Assembly (NCBI GenBank): GCA_036785375.1 | Contig: JAWMAR010000424.1 | Span: forward strand, 310,001 to 374,000 | Direction: 5' to 3' | DNA length: 64,000 nucleotides | Source of the DNA: Leucoraja ocellata | Lineage: Eukaryota | In this document: positions 49,860 through 62,319 of the stretch, piece after piece | How positions within the stretch are numbered: the first letter of the stretch is position 1 | Layout of the letters: the number at the start of each line of letters is the position of its first letter | Made by a program: the position numbers and the translations under genes | Notes under the pieces: model-generated | The model's input: only the letters and a program-made list of their open reading frames with translations | The model's database searches: none | What the model was told of the DNA's origin: nothing

Positions 49860-51200
49860 GGACTTCAGTGAAGCATTCGACAAGGTTCCGCATAGTAGGC
49901 TGCTCTGGAAGGTTAGATCGCATGGGACCCAAGGAGAGATAGTTGAATGGATGGAAAATTAGCTTAATGGAAGGAAGCAGAGGGTGATGGTGGAAGGTTG
50001 CTTCTCAGATTGGAGGCCTGTGACTAGTGGTGTGCCAGGGTTCGGTGCTGCACCCTTTACTGTTTGTCATCTGTGTTAATGGTTTGGATAAGAACACACA
50101 TGGCAAGATTAGCAAATTTGCTGATGATACAAAAGTGGGGGGTTTTGCTGATAGTGGATATGGTTGTGACAAATGTAGCAGGATCTTGATCAATTGTCCA
50201 GGTGGGCTGAGGAATGGTTGATGGAATTTAATACAAAGAATTGTGAGGTGTTACATTTTGTGAAGTCTAACGTTTGGGAAGATCTACACAGTGAATGGTA
50301 GGCCTCTGGGAAGTGTCGTAGACCAGTGAGATCTAGGATCCAGTGTGTTCAAAAAGGTGTTTGGCACATTGGCCTTCTTAAGACAGAGTATTGAGTATAG
50401 AATGTGGGTGGTCATGTTGCTGTTGTAGAAGATGTTGGTGAGGCCATATTTTGAGTATTGTGTTCAGTTCTGGGCACCATGTTATAGGAAATATGTTGTC
50501 AAACTGGAAATGGTACAGAGAAGATTTACAAGGATGTTGCCAGGGCTAGATGGTCTGAGCTATAGGGAAAGGTTGGATAGGCTGAGACTCTATTCCTTGG
50601 AGTGCAGGAGGATGAGGAGTGGTCGTATTGAAGTGTACAAAATCATGAGAGGAATAGATCTGAGTTGTAACTTTTTCACACAAAGGATTCTGGTTTATCA
50701 GATTCAGATTCAGATTCAGATTCAACTTTAATTGTCATTGTCAGTGTACAGTACAGAGATAACGAAATGCAGTTAGCATCTCCCTGGAAGAGCGACGTAG
50801 AATATGATTTCAATAAATACATCTATTTACATGTATACAGACATAGTGTTTTTCCTGTGGGAGGAGTGTCCGGGGGGGGGGGGGTGATTGGCAGTCACCG
50901 AGGTACATTGTTGAGTAGTGTGATAGCCGCAGGGAAGAAGCTGTTCCTGGACCTCCTGGTCCGGCAACGGAGAGACCTGTAGCGCCTCCCGGATGGTAGG
51001 AGGGTAAACAGTCCATGGTTGGGGTGAGAGCAGCTGCCAGAGGAGGTCGTTGAGGCAGGGACTATCCCAACATTTAAAAACAGGTAGACAGGTACATGGA
51101 TAGGACAGGTCTGGTGGGATATGGAACAAATGTGGGCAGGTGTGACTGGTGTAGCTGCGACATGTTCGCCCGTCTGCTTCCACAATGTATCACTATGACT
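49860..51200 (+). mobile_element. Old CR1 fragment with a Rex-type tail insertion (50697-51030, minus)
   Basis: RT motifs; SGRRYRSL..NSFFP and (TCAGAT)n. Confidence 0.8.
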
Positions 51201-51796
51201 CAATGACTCTGCAGTAAAATCACATGGTTTACGTTCAGGTTTATTAATGTCACATGTACAGAGATACAGTGAAAAGCTTTGTTTTGCAGGCAACCTACCA
51301 GATCAGTTGTACACAGACACAAAATGGGTCAGGAGGCATCTCTGGATAGAAGGAATGGGTGATGTTTCAGGTGAGATACAGATCAGATGTACCAGGCATA
51401 AATGTGTAGGGTTCCAAACAGTAAATTTGCATATTTGTGAATTTTCCTGATAGAAGTTATAAATATAATCGTGGATAGACTATCAACAGCTTTTTTCCAG
51501 GATGGAAAAATCATATACTAGAGGGCACAGCTTTAAGATGAGAAGGGCAAATGTTGAAGATGTGTGGGGTAGGTTTTATAAACAGTGGATGGTGGGTGAC
51601 AAGAACGCACGGCCAGGGCTGGTGGTGGAGGCTGATACGATAGTGGCATTTAAGAGACGTTTGGATAGACACATGGATATGCTGGGAATGGAGGGATATG
51701 GGTTATGTGCAGTTAGCTAATTGATGTTCTTGGCATCATGTTCAGCACAGACATTGTGGGCTGAAGGGCCTGTTCCTGTGCTGTACAGTTCTATGA

Positions 51797-54445
51797 TCTG
51801 TTTCATAATTGGCATCATTTGGATCAAGTGATCGTCCTTCTCTGTTTTTCGTGCGGATAGAACGGAAGAGTCTGGAAAATCCAAGGGTGGAGGGGTTTGC
51901 TTCATGACCAACAACAACTGGTGCAACCATAAGGATATTAAGATGCTTTCCTGTTCCTGCTCGTCGGACCTGGAGTATCTGACGATCTCATGCCGTCCAT
52001 TCTACCTTCCCCTGGAGTTCAGCAGAGTCATCATAACAGCGGTCTACATACCACCGCATGTGGACACCGACACGGCACTATCGGTCCTACATGATGTGTT
52101 ATGTTGGCATCAGAACAAGCATCCTGACACGGCTATGGTGGTGGCTGGGGATTTTCATTGGGCGAACCTCAAAAACATTATGCCTAACTTCTGCCAACTC
52201 ATCACTTGTGTTTCCAGGGGGGAAATAACTTTGGACCACTGTTACACACCATTCAAGAAAGGATACAAGGCCGTTTCTCTCCCTCCTTTTGGAAAATCTG
52301 ACCGCGCTGCCAATTTTCTGCTGTCGGAGTATAAACAACGGATAGTACGGGAAGCGGCAGTGACGAAGGACGTAAAGCGGTGGTCTGACCATTTAGAGCC
52401 CATGCTACAGGATGCACTGAGTGACGTTGACTGGAATATGTTCCACTCAGGTTCCAGATACGTCAGTGAGTTTGCGGAAGCTGTCACAGACTTCATAGTA
52501 ACATTAGCCGACAACATCATCCCCATGGTAAGGGTTAGCATCTTTCCTAACCAACAACCTTGGGTGGACAGGTCTATTCGCGTTGTTTTGAATAATCGCA
52601 CCGCTGCTTCCAACACCGGCCTGGCATCCGGCAACATGGATGACTACAAGGCAGAGTCCTACAAACTGCGGAGGGCGGTGAAGGGCGCAAAAAGCAGGTA
52701 CAGGGACAGGATGGAGTTGCAGCTGGAGCAGCGTGACACCAGATGTCTTTGGCAGGGGCTACGGACTATAACAAATTACCAGAGCAGACCCACTCAACCG
52801 GGAGTGGCGGCACCTCGTTAGCTGATGACCTGAACTCTTTCTATGCATGATTTGAGGTGACAACATTATCCCTAGCGCGCTGGCTAACATGGCTGGAGTG
52901 AGTTCCACCGCTGGGGATGTGCACACATTCTCGGTGTCTGAGCACGACATGAGGAGGGCTCTGATGCATGTGAACACGAGGAAAGCTGTTGGCCCAGATG
53001 GTATATCTGGGCAAGTACTAAAGTAGCTAATCAGCTAGTTCCAGTGTTCACCACAATATTCAACCTCTCCCTGGCCAAGTCCGTGGACCCTGCCTGTGAT
53101 CCACTATTGTCCCATTGCCTAAGAATGCCTCTCCAGCCTGCTTGATGACTACCGACCAGTAGCCCTCACCTCAGTGGTCATGAAATGCTTTGAGAGACTG
53201 ATGAAGAACTACATCTGCGCCTTCCTCCCTCGTACCATGGACCCGCTGCAGTTCGCATACCGTCCAAACAGATCCATGGATGATGCGGTCTCCCAGGTTT
53301 TACACACCACTCTCTCTCACCTTGACAGCCAGAAGGGGGGCTATGTGACGATGCTGTTCATTGATTTCAGTTCAGCTTTCAACACCATAGTTCCCACCAG
53401 ACTTGCTGAGAAGCTGCTGGAACTGGGACTGAACACTCCCCTGTGTGCCTGGGTCCTGGACTTTCTCACCGCCAGGCACCAGGTGGTCAAGATGGGGAGA
53501 CATACCTCTAACCCCCACACCCTGAACACAGGATCCCCCCAGGGTTGTGGCCTCAGCCCCCTACTGTACTCCCTGTACACACATGACTGTGTGGCTAGGT
53601 TCAGCTCCAACTCCATCAAGTTTGCTGATGACACAGTGGTGGTGGGCCTGATCTCCGATAACGATGAGAAGGTTTACCTGGAGGAGGTGGCTGATCTGGC
53701 ACTCTGGTGTCAGGACAACAGTCTCATCTTGAATGTCACAAAAACTAAGAAGTTGATTATGGACTTTAGAAGGACACAACAACTGAGAACGTGCACACCA
53801 CTGGGGATTAATGGGACTACTGTGGATAGGGTGAGCAGCTGTAAATACCTGGGAGTCCACATCACAGAGGATCTGACATGGACAACATTCATTGCCAAAC
53901 TGGTGAGAAAGGCAAGGCAGAGCCTTTACCACCTCAGGCAGCTGAAATTCAGAGACTCTCTGAGGATCCTTCATTCCTTCTACTCTGGTGCTGTAGAAAG
54001 CATCCTGCCAGATACATCTCCATCTGGTTTGGCAACAGCTCTGCCCAGGACAGGAAGGCTCTGCAGAGAGTAGTGCGTTCTGCCAAACACACCACGGGAA
54101 CTACATCCCCCCCCCCTTCAGGACCTATACACCAGGAGGTGCAGATCCAAAGCCAGCAGGATCATGAAGGACCCCTACCACCCCAGCAACGGACTGTTCC
54201 AGCAGCTGCGGTCAGGCAAACGCCTCCGCTGTCACACTGCGAAAACAGAGAGGATGAGATGCAGTTCCTTCCCACAGGCCATTAGGACTGTAAACTCTGA
54301 TCTCATGCTGTTGCATCTACTTTTTTAAATGTAAATACTGGTTATGTTCTGTTCTTTCCTGTTGTTTTGCACAATCTCGCAAGCATTGCCACTCTCATTT
54401 CACTGGACATCTTGTATGAGTATGTGACAAATAAAGTTGACTTGA
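51797..54445 (+). mobile_element. Rex1/Babar-type LINE, degenerate
   Basis: CRPFYLP.EFS EN region; [34 protein letters not shown]; aataaagttgacttga tail. Confidence 0.9.
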
Positions 54446-54465
54446 TGTTTCAGTAAAAGCATTAC

Positions 54466-54529
54466 CTTCCCATTTTCCTGCACTTTGATTTTCCAGATGC
54501 ATTGCTTGCCTTTCGCCCTCATCGGGACT
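54466..54529 (-). pseudogene. 5'-truncated 90-nt micro-exon (type B), acceptor lost
   Basis: SPDEGERQAMHLENQSAGKWEG plus G|GTAATG donor; the 5' third and acceptor are replaced by CR1-tail sequence. Confidence 0.7.
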
Positions 54530-54830
54530 AATGTAGCTGGGACATGTTGGCCGGTGTGGGCAAGGTGGGCCGAAGGGCCTGTTTCCAAGCTGTATCATTG
54601 TATGACTGTTTGATTATGAATGGCCAATTTCTATAACCTATAACCTATGAACTTATGAACATGGAGAAAACCCGCACAGTCACAGAGAGAACGTGCAAAC
54701 TCCATACAGACAGCACCCGTGGTTTTGTACTAATGTTTCAAAACTTGGTTTAAAAGTTCATCTAATTGTGTGTGTCGTGGGAAGAATAGGAATCTTGTAT
54801 TCGATATAATTAATCACCATAATCAATTAC

Positions 54831-54908
54831 CTCGTGCAGTTTGTGAGCCCGTCTTGGCGATAAGTGGTGTACGGTTTGGGTCTTCAACGTCCGTTGTATT
54901 TACCTGTC
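54831..54908 (-). CDS. Exon: juxtamembrane linker
   Basis: ttgtttatgttgttcAG / G|GTAATT, 78 nt, phase 1-1, open: GQVNTTDVEDPNRTPLIAKTGSQTAR. Confidence 0.75.
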
Positions 54909-55142
54909 CTGAACAACATAAACAAGACAATTAGCCGGGAAACAAGCTGACCAGGTGCCAGTTTAAAAAGTATAAAAATACACAGATCAATTCCAGCTTT
55001 CTGGACAATATATCTTTCTCTGGAATGCCAGAGGTTAAGGGGAGATCTGATGGAAGTAAATAAAATGATGAGAGACATAGATAGGGTAGACAGTCAGAAT
55101 TTTCATTTTTTGTTGATTGCTATAAGATAGAAAAGCGTTTAC

Positions 55143-55244
55143 CTTTAAATAACTTCTTCCACGTATAAAATGCTATGCACACAACACAGAGAAATATGCC
55201 GATGCCACAGATGCCTCCGATAATCAGCATCATTTTTCCACGTT
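55143..55244 (-). CDS. Exon: transmembrane segment
   Basis: gttttaacAG / G|GTAAAC, 102 nt, phase 1-1. ERGKMMLIIGGICGIGIFLCVVCIAFYTWKKLFK is a hydrophobic run followed by a basic stop-transfer. Confidence 0.85.
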
Positions 55245-56058
55245 CTGTTAAAACAGGCATAGATCTATGAAAACGTGAATAATAAATATACTAGGCCATT
55301 TACAACATTCATCAGAGACACTAGAATCTGCAGATGCTGGAATCTTGAACAAAACACAAAGTGCTGGAGGACTCAGTGGGTCAGGCAGCATCTGTGGAGG
55401 GAACATCACCTCTCCATTCCTTCCACAGATGCTGCCTGACCCGTTCAGTTCCTCCAGCATTTTGATTTATGTACAATATTCCACAGAATGTATCACTAAC
55501 TTATTCTACTTATCAGATTGGTTTAATCCCTCATGGAATTGGTGTAGTTCTGGTCACCCCATAACATAAAGAATGTGGAGGCTTTGGAAAGCGTGCAGAA
55601 GAGGTTTATCAGAGCGCTTGCTTGGATTAGGGGGATCAGCTACACTGAGAGGTTGGACAGATTTGGATTGTTTTCTTTGGAATGACGGAAGTGGAGGGGA
55701 GAACTGATGGAAATATATACAATTGTGAGAGAAATAGATACGGTGCAGTCAGAATTTTTTCCCAGGGTGTATTAGTGAGAATCTGGAGAGCATAGTTTTA
55801 AGGTGAGAAGAGTAAAGTTTAAACAAGATGTACAGGGCATGTTTTTAAACAGAGAGTGGATGCCGTGAACTGCACTGCTATGTGTGGTGGAGGCAGATAT
55901 GAACGATAGTGGCGTCTGGGAGGTTTATAAATAGACACATGGATATGCAGGGAATGGAGGGACATGGGCCACACACAGGCAGAGAAGATGAGTTTATCTT
56001 GGCATCATGTTCAACACTGTGGGCCAAAGGGCCTGCTCCTGTGCTGTACTGTTCTAGG

Positions 56059-56189
56059 TTATGTACTTAACTGGTACATATTGTGTTTATTTCCCGGGTG
56101 TGAAACAGCTGCAGCATTTAAGATTCCAAGGATTGTACATATCATCACCATGATGCAGATTATAATCAAAGAGTAATTTGATTTCTGGT
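56059..56189 (-). CDS. Candidate additional/alternative transmembrane exon
   Basis: cttttattcaaAG acceptor; phase-1 frame DQKSNYSLIIICIMVMICTILGILNAAAVSHPGNKHNMYQLST*. The only symmetric donor is weak (A|GTACAT, exon end 56067); otherwise it reads to the TAA ending at 56059. Confidence 0.55.
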
Positions 56190-56299
56190 CTTTGAATAAA
56201 AGAAGCAATAGATTGACTTAAATGGCCAGGAATGTGTTAATAATCCTTGATTTGATGAATTGTATTGAATTGAATTGAGAGATTGAATTGATTGATCAG

Positions 56300-56592
56300 A
56301 CCCTAAAGCCCACCAAGACCATGCTGACCATCGATCACCTGTTCACACTAGTTCTATGTTATCCCACTTTCTCATCTTCTCCCTACAAACTAGGGGCAAT
56401 TTACAGAGGGCCAATTAACCTACAATCCTGCACGTCCTTGTGATGCTGGTGGAAATTGGAGCACCCGGAGGAAACCCACGTGGTCACAGGGAGCACGGGC
56501 AAACTCCACACAGACGGCACCCGTGGTCAGGATCGAACCTCGGTCTCTGGAGCCATGAGGCAGCAACTCTCCTTGATGCAATTCTGTGCTGC
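56300..56592 (-). mobile_element. HE1/V-SINE-type SINE
   Basis: tRNA head gagaccgaggttcgatcctg plus V-domain. Confidence 0.7.
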
Positions 56593-57511
56593 CCCAGACT
56601 CTGGGAATGATCAGTGGTCCTAGATATATGGCAATCTGCAAAGTTGTATATATCTAGATTAATTGTCTAGAACCTGACTTGTTAGATATAACCAGACAAA
56701 CATTGAACCGGTGGTGATTCAACTGTGGAACACTGCTCATTGCCCTGAATCCATTTTGCCGCTGAGCCACACACTGACTCCATCAGTGAAACAGTTATCT
56801 CCAGAGCTGAGGGTCCTGATGCACTTCACATCTGGCCCCTCACTTCATTCATGGATGATGTACATCAGCGCTCATTACAAAAGGCTGACACCTCTAATTA
56901 TTTAATTATTAAATGTGTATTGAATCATGAGAGGAATAGATGGGGTGGATGCACAGAGACTTTTACCCCCCAGCCAAGGGGAATCAAGAACCAGGGGACA
57001 TAGGTGAGTGGGGAAAGATAGGAAGCTGAGGGGAAACGGTCACATTCAGAGGGCGGTGGATAAATGGAACAAGCTGCCAGAGGAGGGAGTTAGGGCTGGT
57101 ACTATAACAGCATTTAAAAGATTTTTGTACAGTACATGGATAGGAAAAGTTTAGAGGGATAAGGGCCAAATGCTTAGATAAGTTCGAATTCATATGATAG
57201 GCGCAGAATTAGGCAATTCAGACTAATTCATCAAGTCTACTCCACCTTTCAATTATGGCTGATCTATCTTTCCCACCCAATCCCAATCTCCTAGCTTGTC
57301 CCCATAACCCCGACACCCGTACTAATCAAGAATCCAACAATCTGCCTTAAAAATGCTCAATGACTTGACCTCCACAGTCATCTGTGGCAATGAATTCCAC
57401 AGATTCACCGCCCTCTGACTAAAGAAATTCCTCCACATCTGTCTAAAGGTGCGTCCTTGATTCTGAGGCTGTAGCCTCTGGTCCTAGACTCTCGCACTGT
57501 GTTCAACTCAC

Positions 57512-57823
57512 CTGTCACGATGAGAGAAGGTTCTATTGTGAGACCATTCAGTAATGTTTGATGTGTCACAATGCATCTGTATTGATCACCATTATCCTTC
57601 AATGTCGGGTGAATCTTCAGTTCACTCTCAGCATTGAAAGTGCGATCACCATTGGCAGTGATTTGAGTTGTATAGTTAGTCATGGAAACATTTCTTCTTC
57701 CTGTTATCTTCACCCAGGTGATCTTTATCGGTCGAGGATAAAATCCACTGGCTTTGCATGTCAGAGAAACTTCTGAACCTTTCTCAGTTGTGATGGACTG
57801 TGTCAATATAACGTTTGGTCGAG
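57512..57823 (-). CDS. Exon: Ig C1-set domain of a B7/B7-H6(NCR3LG1)/tapasin-like membrane protein
   Basis: tttaatgcAG acceptor, G|GTGAGT donor, 312 nt, phase 1-1. ARPNV..SLTCKASGFYPRPIKITW..NGDRTFNAESELKI..YRCIVTH has the canonical C1 Cys/Trp/Cys and FYP motifs. Confidence 0.9.
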
Positions 57824-58844
57824 CTGCATTAAAAAATGTACATTTAAATATTAAAGGAAGAGACTGCAGGTGCTGGAGATAGAAAACAAAAGCAGACAAT
57901 ACTGGAAGCACTAAGCAGGTCCAAAACATTGCCAGGGAATGGAACAGGGTCATTTCTTCAGGCTGGGGTCTCTTCATCAGAGTTAGGAATGTTAGAACCA
58001 TTAGCATCTGAAGACATTAATATGATAAAGTAGGCACATGGTGTGCTTGCATTCATTGGTTGGGGCTTTGAGTATAAGAGTCAGGAAGTCATGATTCAGT
58101 TTCATGGGACTTTGTTTCACCTGCATTTAGACTGTTGTGGGCAGTTCTGTTTCACGTCAGTTTAGTTTATTGTCACATGTAAAGAGGTACATAAAATACT
58201 TTGGTTGCATGCTAACCAGTCAGTGGAAAGACAATACATGATTACATCAAACCATTCACAGTGTACAGATGCATGATAAGGGAATTACCCCTAGTGCAAA
58301 ATAAAGCCAGTAAAGTCAGATTAAAGATAGTCCAAAGGTCACGAATGAAGTAGATAGTAGTTCAGGACTACTCTCCACTTGTGGTAGGGTGGTTCTGCTG
58401 CCTGATAATAGCTGGGAAGAAACTGTCCATGAATCTGGAGGTGTGCGTTTTCACACTTCTGTTCACCCCATTACAGGAAGGGTCTGGAGGGTTTGGAGAG
58501 AGTGCAGAGGAGATTTCCCAGAATGGATGGATTCGAGGGCATTCGCTACAGGGAGAGCTTGGACAGACTTGGATTGTTTTCTCTGGAATGCCAGAGGTTG
58601 TAGAAAGACCTGATTGAAGTATATCAAATTATGAGAGGCGCAGGTAGGGAAGACAGTCAGAACCATTTTCCCAGGATGAAAATATCAAATACTTGAAGCC
58701 GCTGCTTTAAGGTTAGAGGAGCAAAGTTTAAAGGAGATGTGTGGGGCAAGTTTTTTTACACAGTGGATGCCTGGAATGCACTTTAATAGGGGTGATGGTG
58801 GAGGCAGATACGATAGTGACATTTAGGAGACTTTTTGATAGGCA

Positions 58845-59200
58845 CATCCAAAACATCCCCTACAACTCCCACCAACTTCTACAGATACACTGTGGGAAGC
58901 ATTTTATCGCCTTGTTTGGGAACAGCTGCAACCAAGACCACACGATATTGCAGCAAATTGTGGACACAACTCAGACCATCGCACAAACCAACCTCCCTTC
59001 CATTGACTCCATTTATACCTCATGCTGCCTCGGCAAGGCCAGCAGCATAATCAAGGATGAGTCGCATCCTGGCCACTCCCTCTTCTCCCCTCTCCCATCA
59101 GACAAAGGATATAGAAGTGTGAAAATGCACACCTCCAGATTCAGGGACAGTTTCTTCCCAGCTGTTATCAGGCAACGGAACCATCCTATCAACAACTAGA
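58845..59200 (+). mobile_element. Rex/L2-like LINE 3' fragment
   Basis: SIIKDESHPGH.LFSPLPS..RFRDSFFPAVIR. Confidence 0.65.
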
Positions 59201-59204
59201 TAAC

Positions 59205-59737
59205 AATAGACAATAGACAAAAGACAATAGGTGCAGGAGTAGGCCATTTGACCCTTCAAGCTAGCACCGCCATTCAATGTGATCATGGCTGATCATCCAC
59301 AATCAGTAACCCGTTCCTGCCTTCTCCACATATCCCTTGACTCCGCTATTTTTAAGAGCCCTATCTAGCTCTCTCTTGAAAGCATCCAGAGAACCTGCCT
59401 CCACCGCCCTCTGAGGTAGAGAATTCCAGAGACTCACCACTCTCTGTGAGAAAAAGTGATTCCTCGTCTCCATTCTAAATGGCTTACTCCTTATTTTTAA
59501 ACTGTGGCCCCTGGTTTTGGACTCCCCCAACATCGGGAACATGTTTCCTGCCTCTAGTGTGTCCAAGCCCTTAACAATCTTATATGTTTCAATGAGATAT
59601 CCGCTCATCATTCTAAACTCCAGAGTGTACAAGCCCAGCTGCTCCATTCTCTCAGCATATGACAGTCCCGCCATCCCGGGAATTAACCTTGTAAACCTAC
59701 GCTGCACTCCCTCAATAGCAAGAATGTCCTTCCTCAA
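59205..59737 (-). mobile_element. CR1 3' fragment
   Basis: ORF 59303-59737. Confidence 0.85.
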
Positions 59738-59835
59738 AGTGCTGAAATACCATCAACCTCTTTGGTGAGCCATGGACTATCTTTGATTGGACTTCACTGG
59801 CCTTATCTTGCACTGAACGTTATTCTCTGAGCATG

Positions 59836-60090
59836 TATCTGTTGTTGTTTGTTGTTCATCCTGCGTAGTCGAAGAAGACGATGACTTCAGTGTTTTTGTT
59901 AGTGGGTCCCCAGGTGACTGGTGAGCCCGATCCGGGACTGGAAGGCTCGTTCACATATGGGACACAGCTGGGTGGGCGTCGCAGTAGAAGCCAAAGTGGC
60001 CCGAGCCCCACGCGCGGCGCGTTTCCTCTGTGTTTCTGCGGCGCGCCCCTTCCCAGCTGCACGCACTCCCGTGGTGATCCTGCTTCGCCC
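59836..60090 (-). mobile_element. RTE LINE 3' end
   Basis: CPICERAFQSRIGLTSHLGTH C-terminal zinc finger plus (CAA)n tail. Confidence 0.7.
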
Positions 60091-60175
60091 AGTTGTACAC
60101 TATAGATGGCTCAATTATAATTGTCTTTCCACTGACTGGTTAGCATACAACAAAAGCAACAAAATGCACACCTTG

Positions 60176-61665
60176 ATATAACCATATAACCATATAATAA
60201 TTACAGCACGGAAACAGGCCATCTCGACCCTTCTAGTCCGTGCTGAACACGTATTCTCCCCTAGTCCCATATACCTGTGCTCAGACCATAACCCTCCATT
60301 CCTTTCTCGTCCATATAACTATCCAATTTATTTTTAAATGATAAAAACGAACCTGCCTCCACCACCTTCACTGGAAGCTCATTCCACACAGCAACCACTC
60401 TCTGAGTAAAGAAGTTCCCCCTCATGTTACCCCTAAACTTCTGTCCCTTAATTCTCAAGTCATGTCCCCTTGTTTGCATCTTCCCTCCTCTCAGTGGGAA
60501 AAGCTTATCCACGTCAACTCTGTCTATCCCTCTCATCATTTTAAAGACCTCTATCAAGTCCCCCCTTAACCTTCTGCGCTCCAAAGAATAAAGCCCTAAC
60601 TTGTTCAACCTTTCTCTGTAACTTAGTTGCTGAAACCCAGGCAACATTCTAGTAAATCTCCTCTGTACTCTCTCTATTTTGTTGACATCCTTCCTATAAT
60701 TAGGCGACCAAAATTGTACACCATACTCCAGAATTGGCCTCACCAATGCCGTGTACAATTTTGACATTACATCCCAACTTCTATACTCAATGCTCTGATT
60801 TATAAAGGCCAGCACACCAAAAGCTTTCTTTACCACCCTATCTACATGAGATTCCACTTTCAGGGAACTGTGCACAGTTATTCACAGACACCTCTGTTCA
60901 TCTGCATTCTTCAATTCCCTACCATTTACCATGTACGCCCTATTTTGATTTGTCCTGCCAAGATGTAGCACCTCACACTTATCAGCATTAAACTCCATCT
61001 GCCATCGTTCAGTCCACTCTTCCAACTGGCATAAATTTATCTGTAGACTTTGAAAATCTACTTCATTATCCACAACCCCTCCTATCTTAGTATCATCTGC
61101 ATACTTACTAATCGAATTTACCACACCATCATCCAGATCATTGATGTACATGACAAACAACAGTGGACCCAACACAGATCCCTGTGGCACTAGTCACTGG
61201 CCTCCAACCTGACAAACAACCATCCACCATTACTCTCTGGCATCTCCCATTCAGCCACTGTTGAATCCATCTTGCTACTCCACCATTAATACCCAACCAT
61301 TGAACCTTAATAACCAACCTTCCATGAGGAACCTTGTCAAAGGCCTTACTGAAGTCCATATATACAACATCCACTGCTTTACCCTCATCAATTTCCCGAG
61401 TAACCTCTTCAAAAAATTCAAGAAGATTAGTCAAACATGACCTTCCAGGCACAAATCTATGTTGACTGTTCCTAATCAGACCCTGTTTATCCAGATGCTT
61501 ATATATATTATCTCTAAGTATCCTTTCCATTAATTTGCCCACCACTGACGTCAAACTAACAGGTCTATAATTGCTAGGTTTACTCTTGGACACTTTTTTA
61601 AACAATGGAACAACATGCGCAGTATGCTAATCCTCCGGCACTATTCCCATTTCTAATGACATTTG
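60176..61665 (-). mobile_element. CR1-A 5'-truncated
   Basis: ORFs 60261, 60882, 61138; ATATGGTT tail. Confidence 0.92.
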
Positions 61666-61774
61666 ACGATAAACTAAATCTACTGCACTGATAAACACAT
61701 GGAAATGCAGGGAATGGAGGGATATGTACTACACATAAGTGCAGGTAGATAAGAGATGGTCTTGGCATTATGTT

Positions 61775-62245
61775 CAGAGTACAAAAAGTAGTAAACACTG
61801 CCCAGTCCATCATCAGCTCTGACCTTCCTTCCATCGAGGGGATTTATCGCAGTCGCTGCCTCAAAAAGGCTGGCAGTATCATCAAAGACCCACACCATCC
61901 TGGCCACACACTCATCTCCCTGCTACCTTCAGGTAGAAGGTACAGGAGCCTGAAGACTGCAACAACCAGGTTCAGGAATAACTACTTCCCCACAGCCATC
62001 AGGCTATTAAACCTGGCTCGGACAAAACTCTGATTATTAATAACCACTTTCTGCTATTTGCACTTTATTAGTTTATTTACTCACATGTGTATATATTTAT
62101 ATCATGGTATATGGACACATTTATCTGTTTTGTAGTAAATGCCTCCTATTTTCTGTGTGCTTAAGCAAAGCAAGAATTTCATTATCCTATACAGGGACAC
62201 ATGACAATAAACTCACTTGAACACTCACTTGAACTTGAACACTTG
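61775..62245 (+). mobile_element. Rex/L2-like LINE 3' fragment
   Basis: IIKDPHHPGH..PSGRRYRSL..YFPTAIRLLN; (ACTTGA)n tail. Confidence 0.7.
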
Positions 62246-62319
62246 AGTAGACATTGTGGGCTGAATAGCTTGTTCCTGCGCTGTTCAGTTAAGTTGCAGA
62301 GAGGGGAGCATTCTTTTTT

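Noticed and set aside
57405-58007. Hydrophobic N-terminus of the 200-aa ORF as a signal peptide of a single-exon Ig protein
   Set aside because: It lies upstream of a clear acceptor at 57824-57825 in repeat-derived intron sequence.
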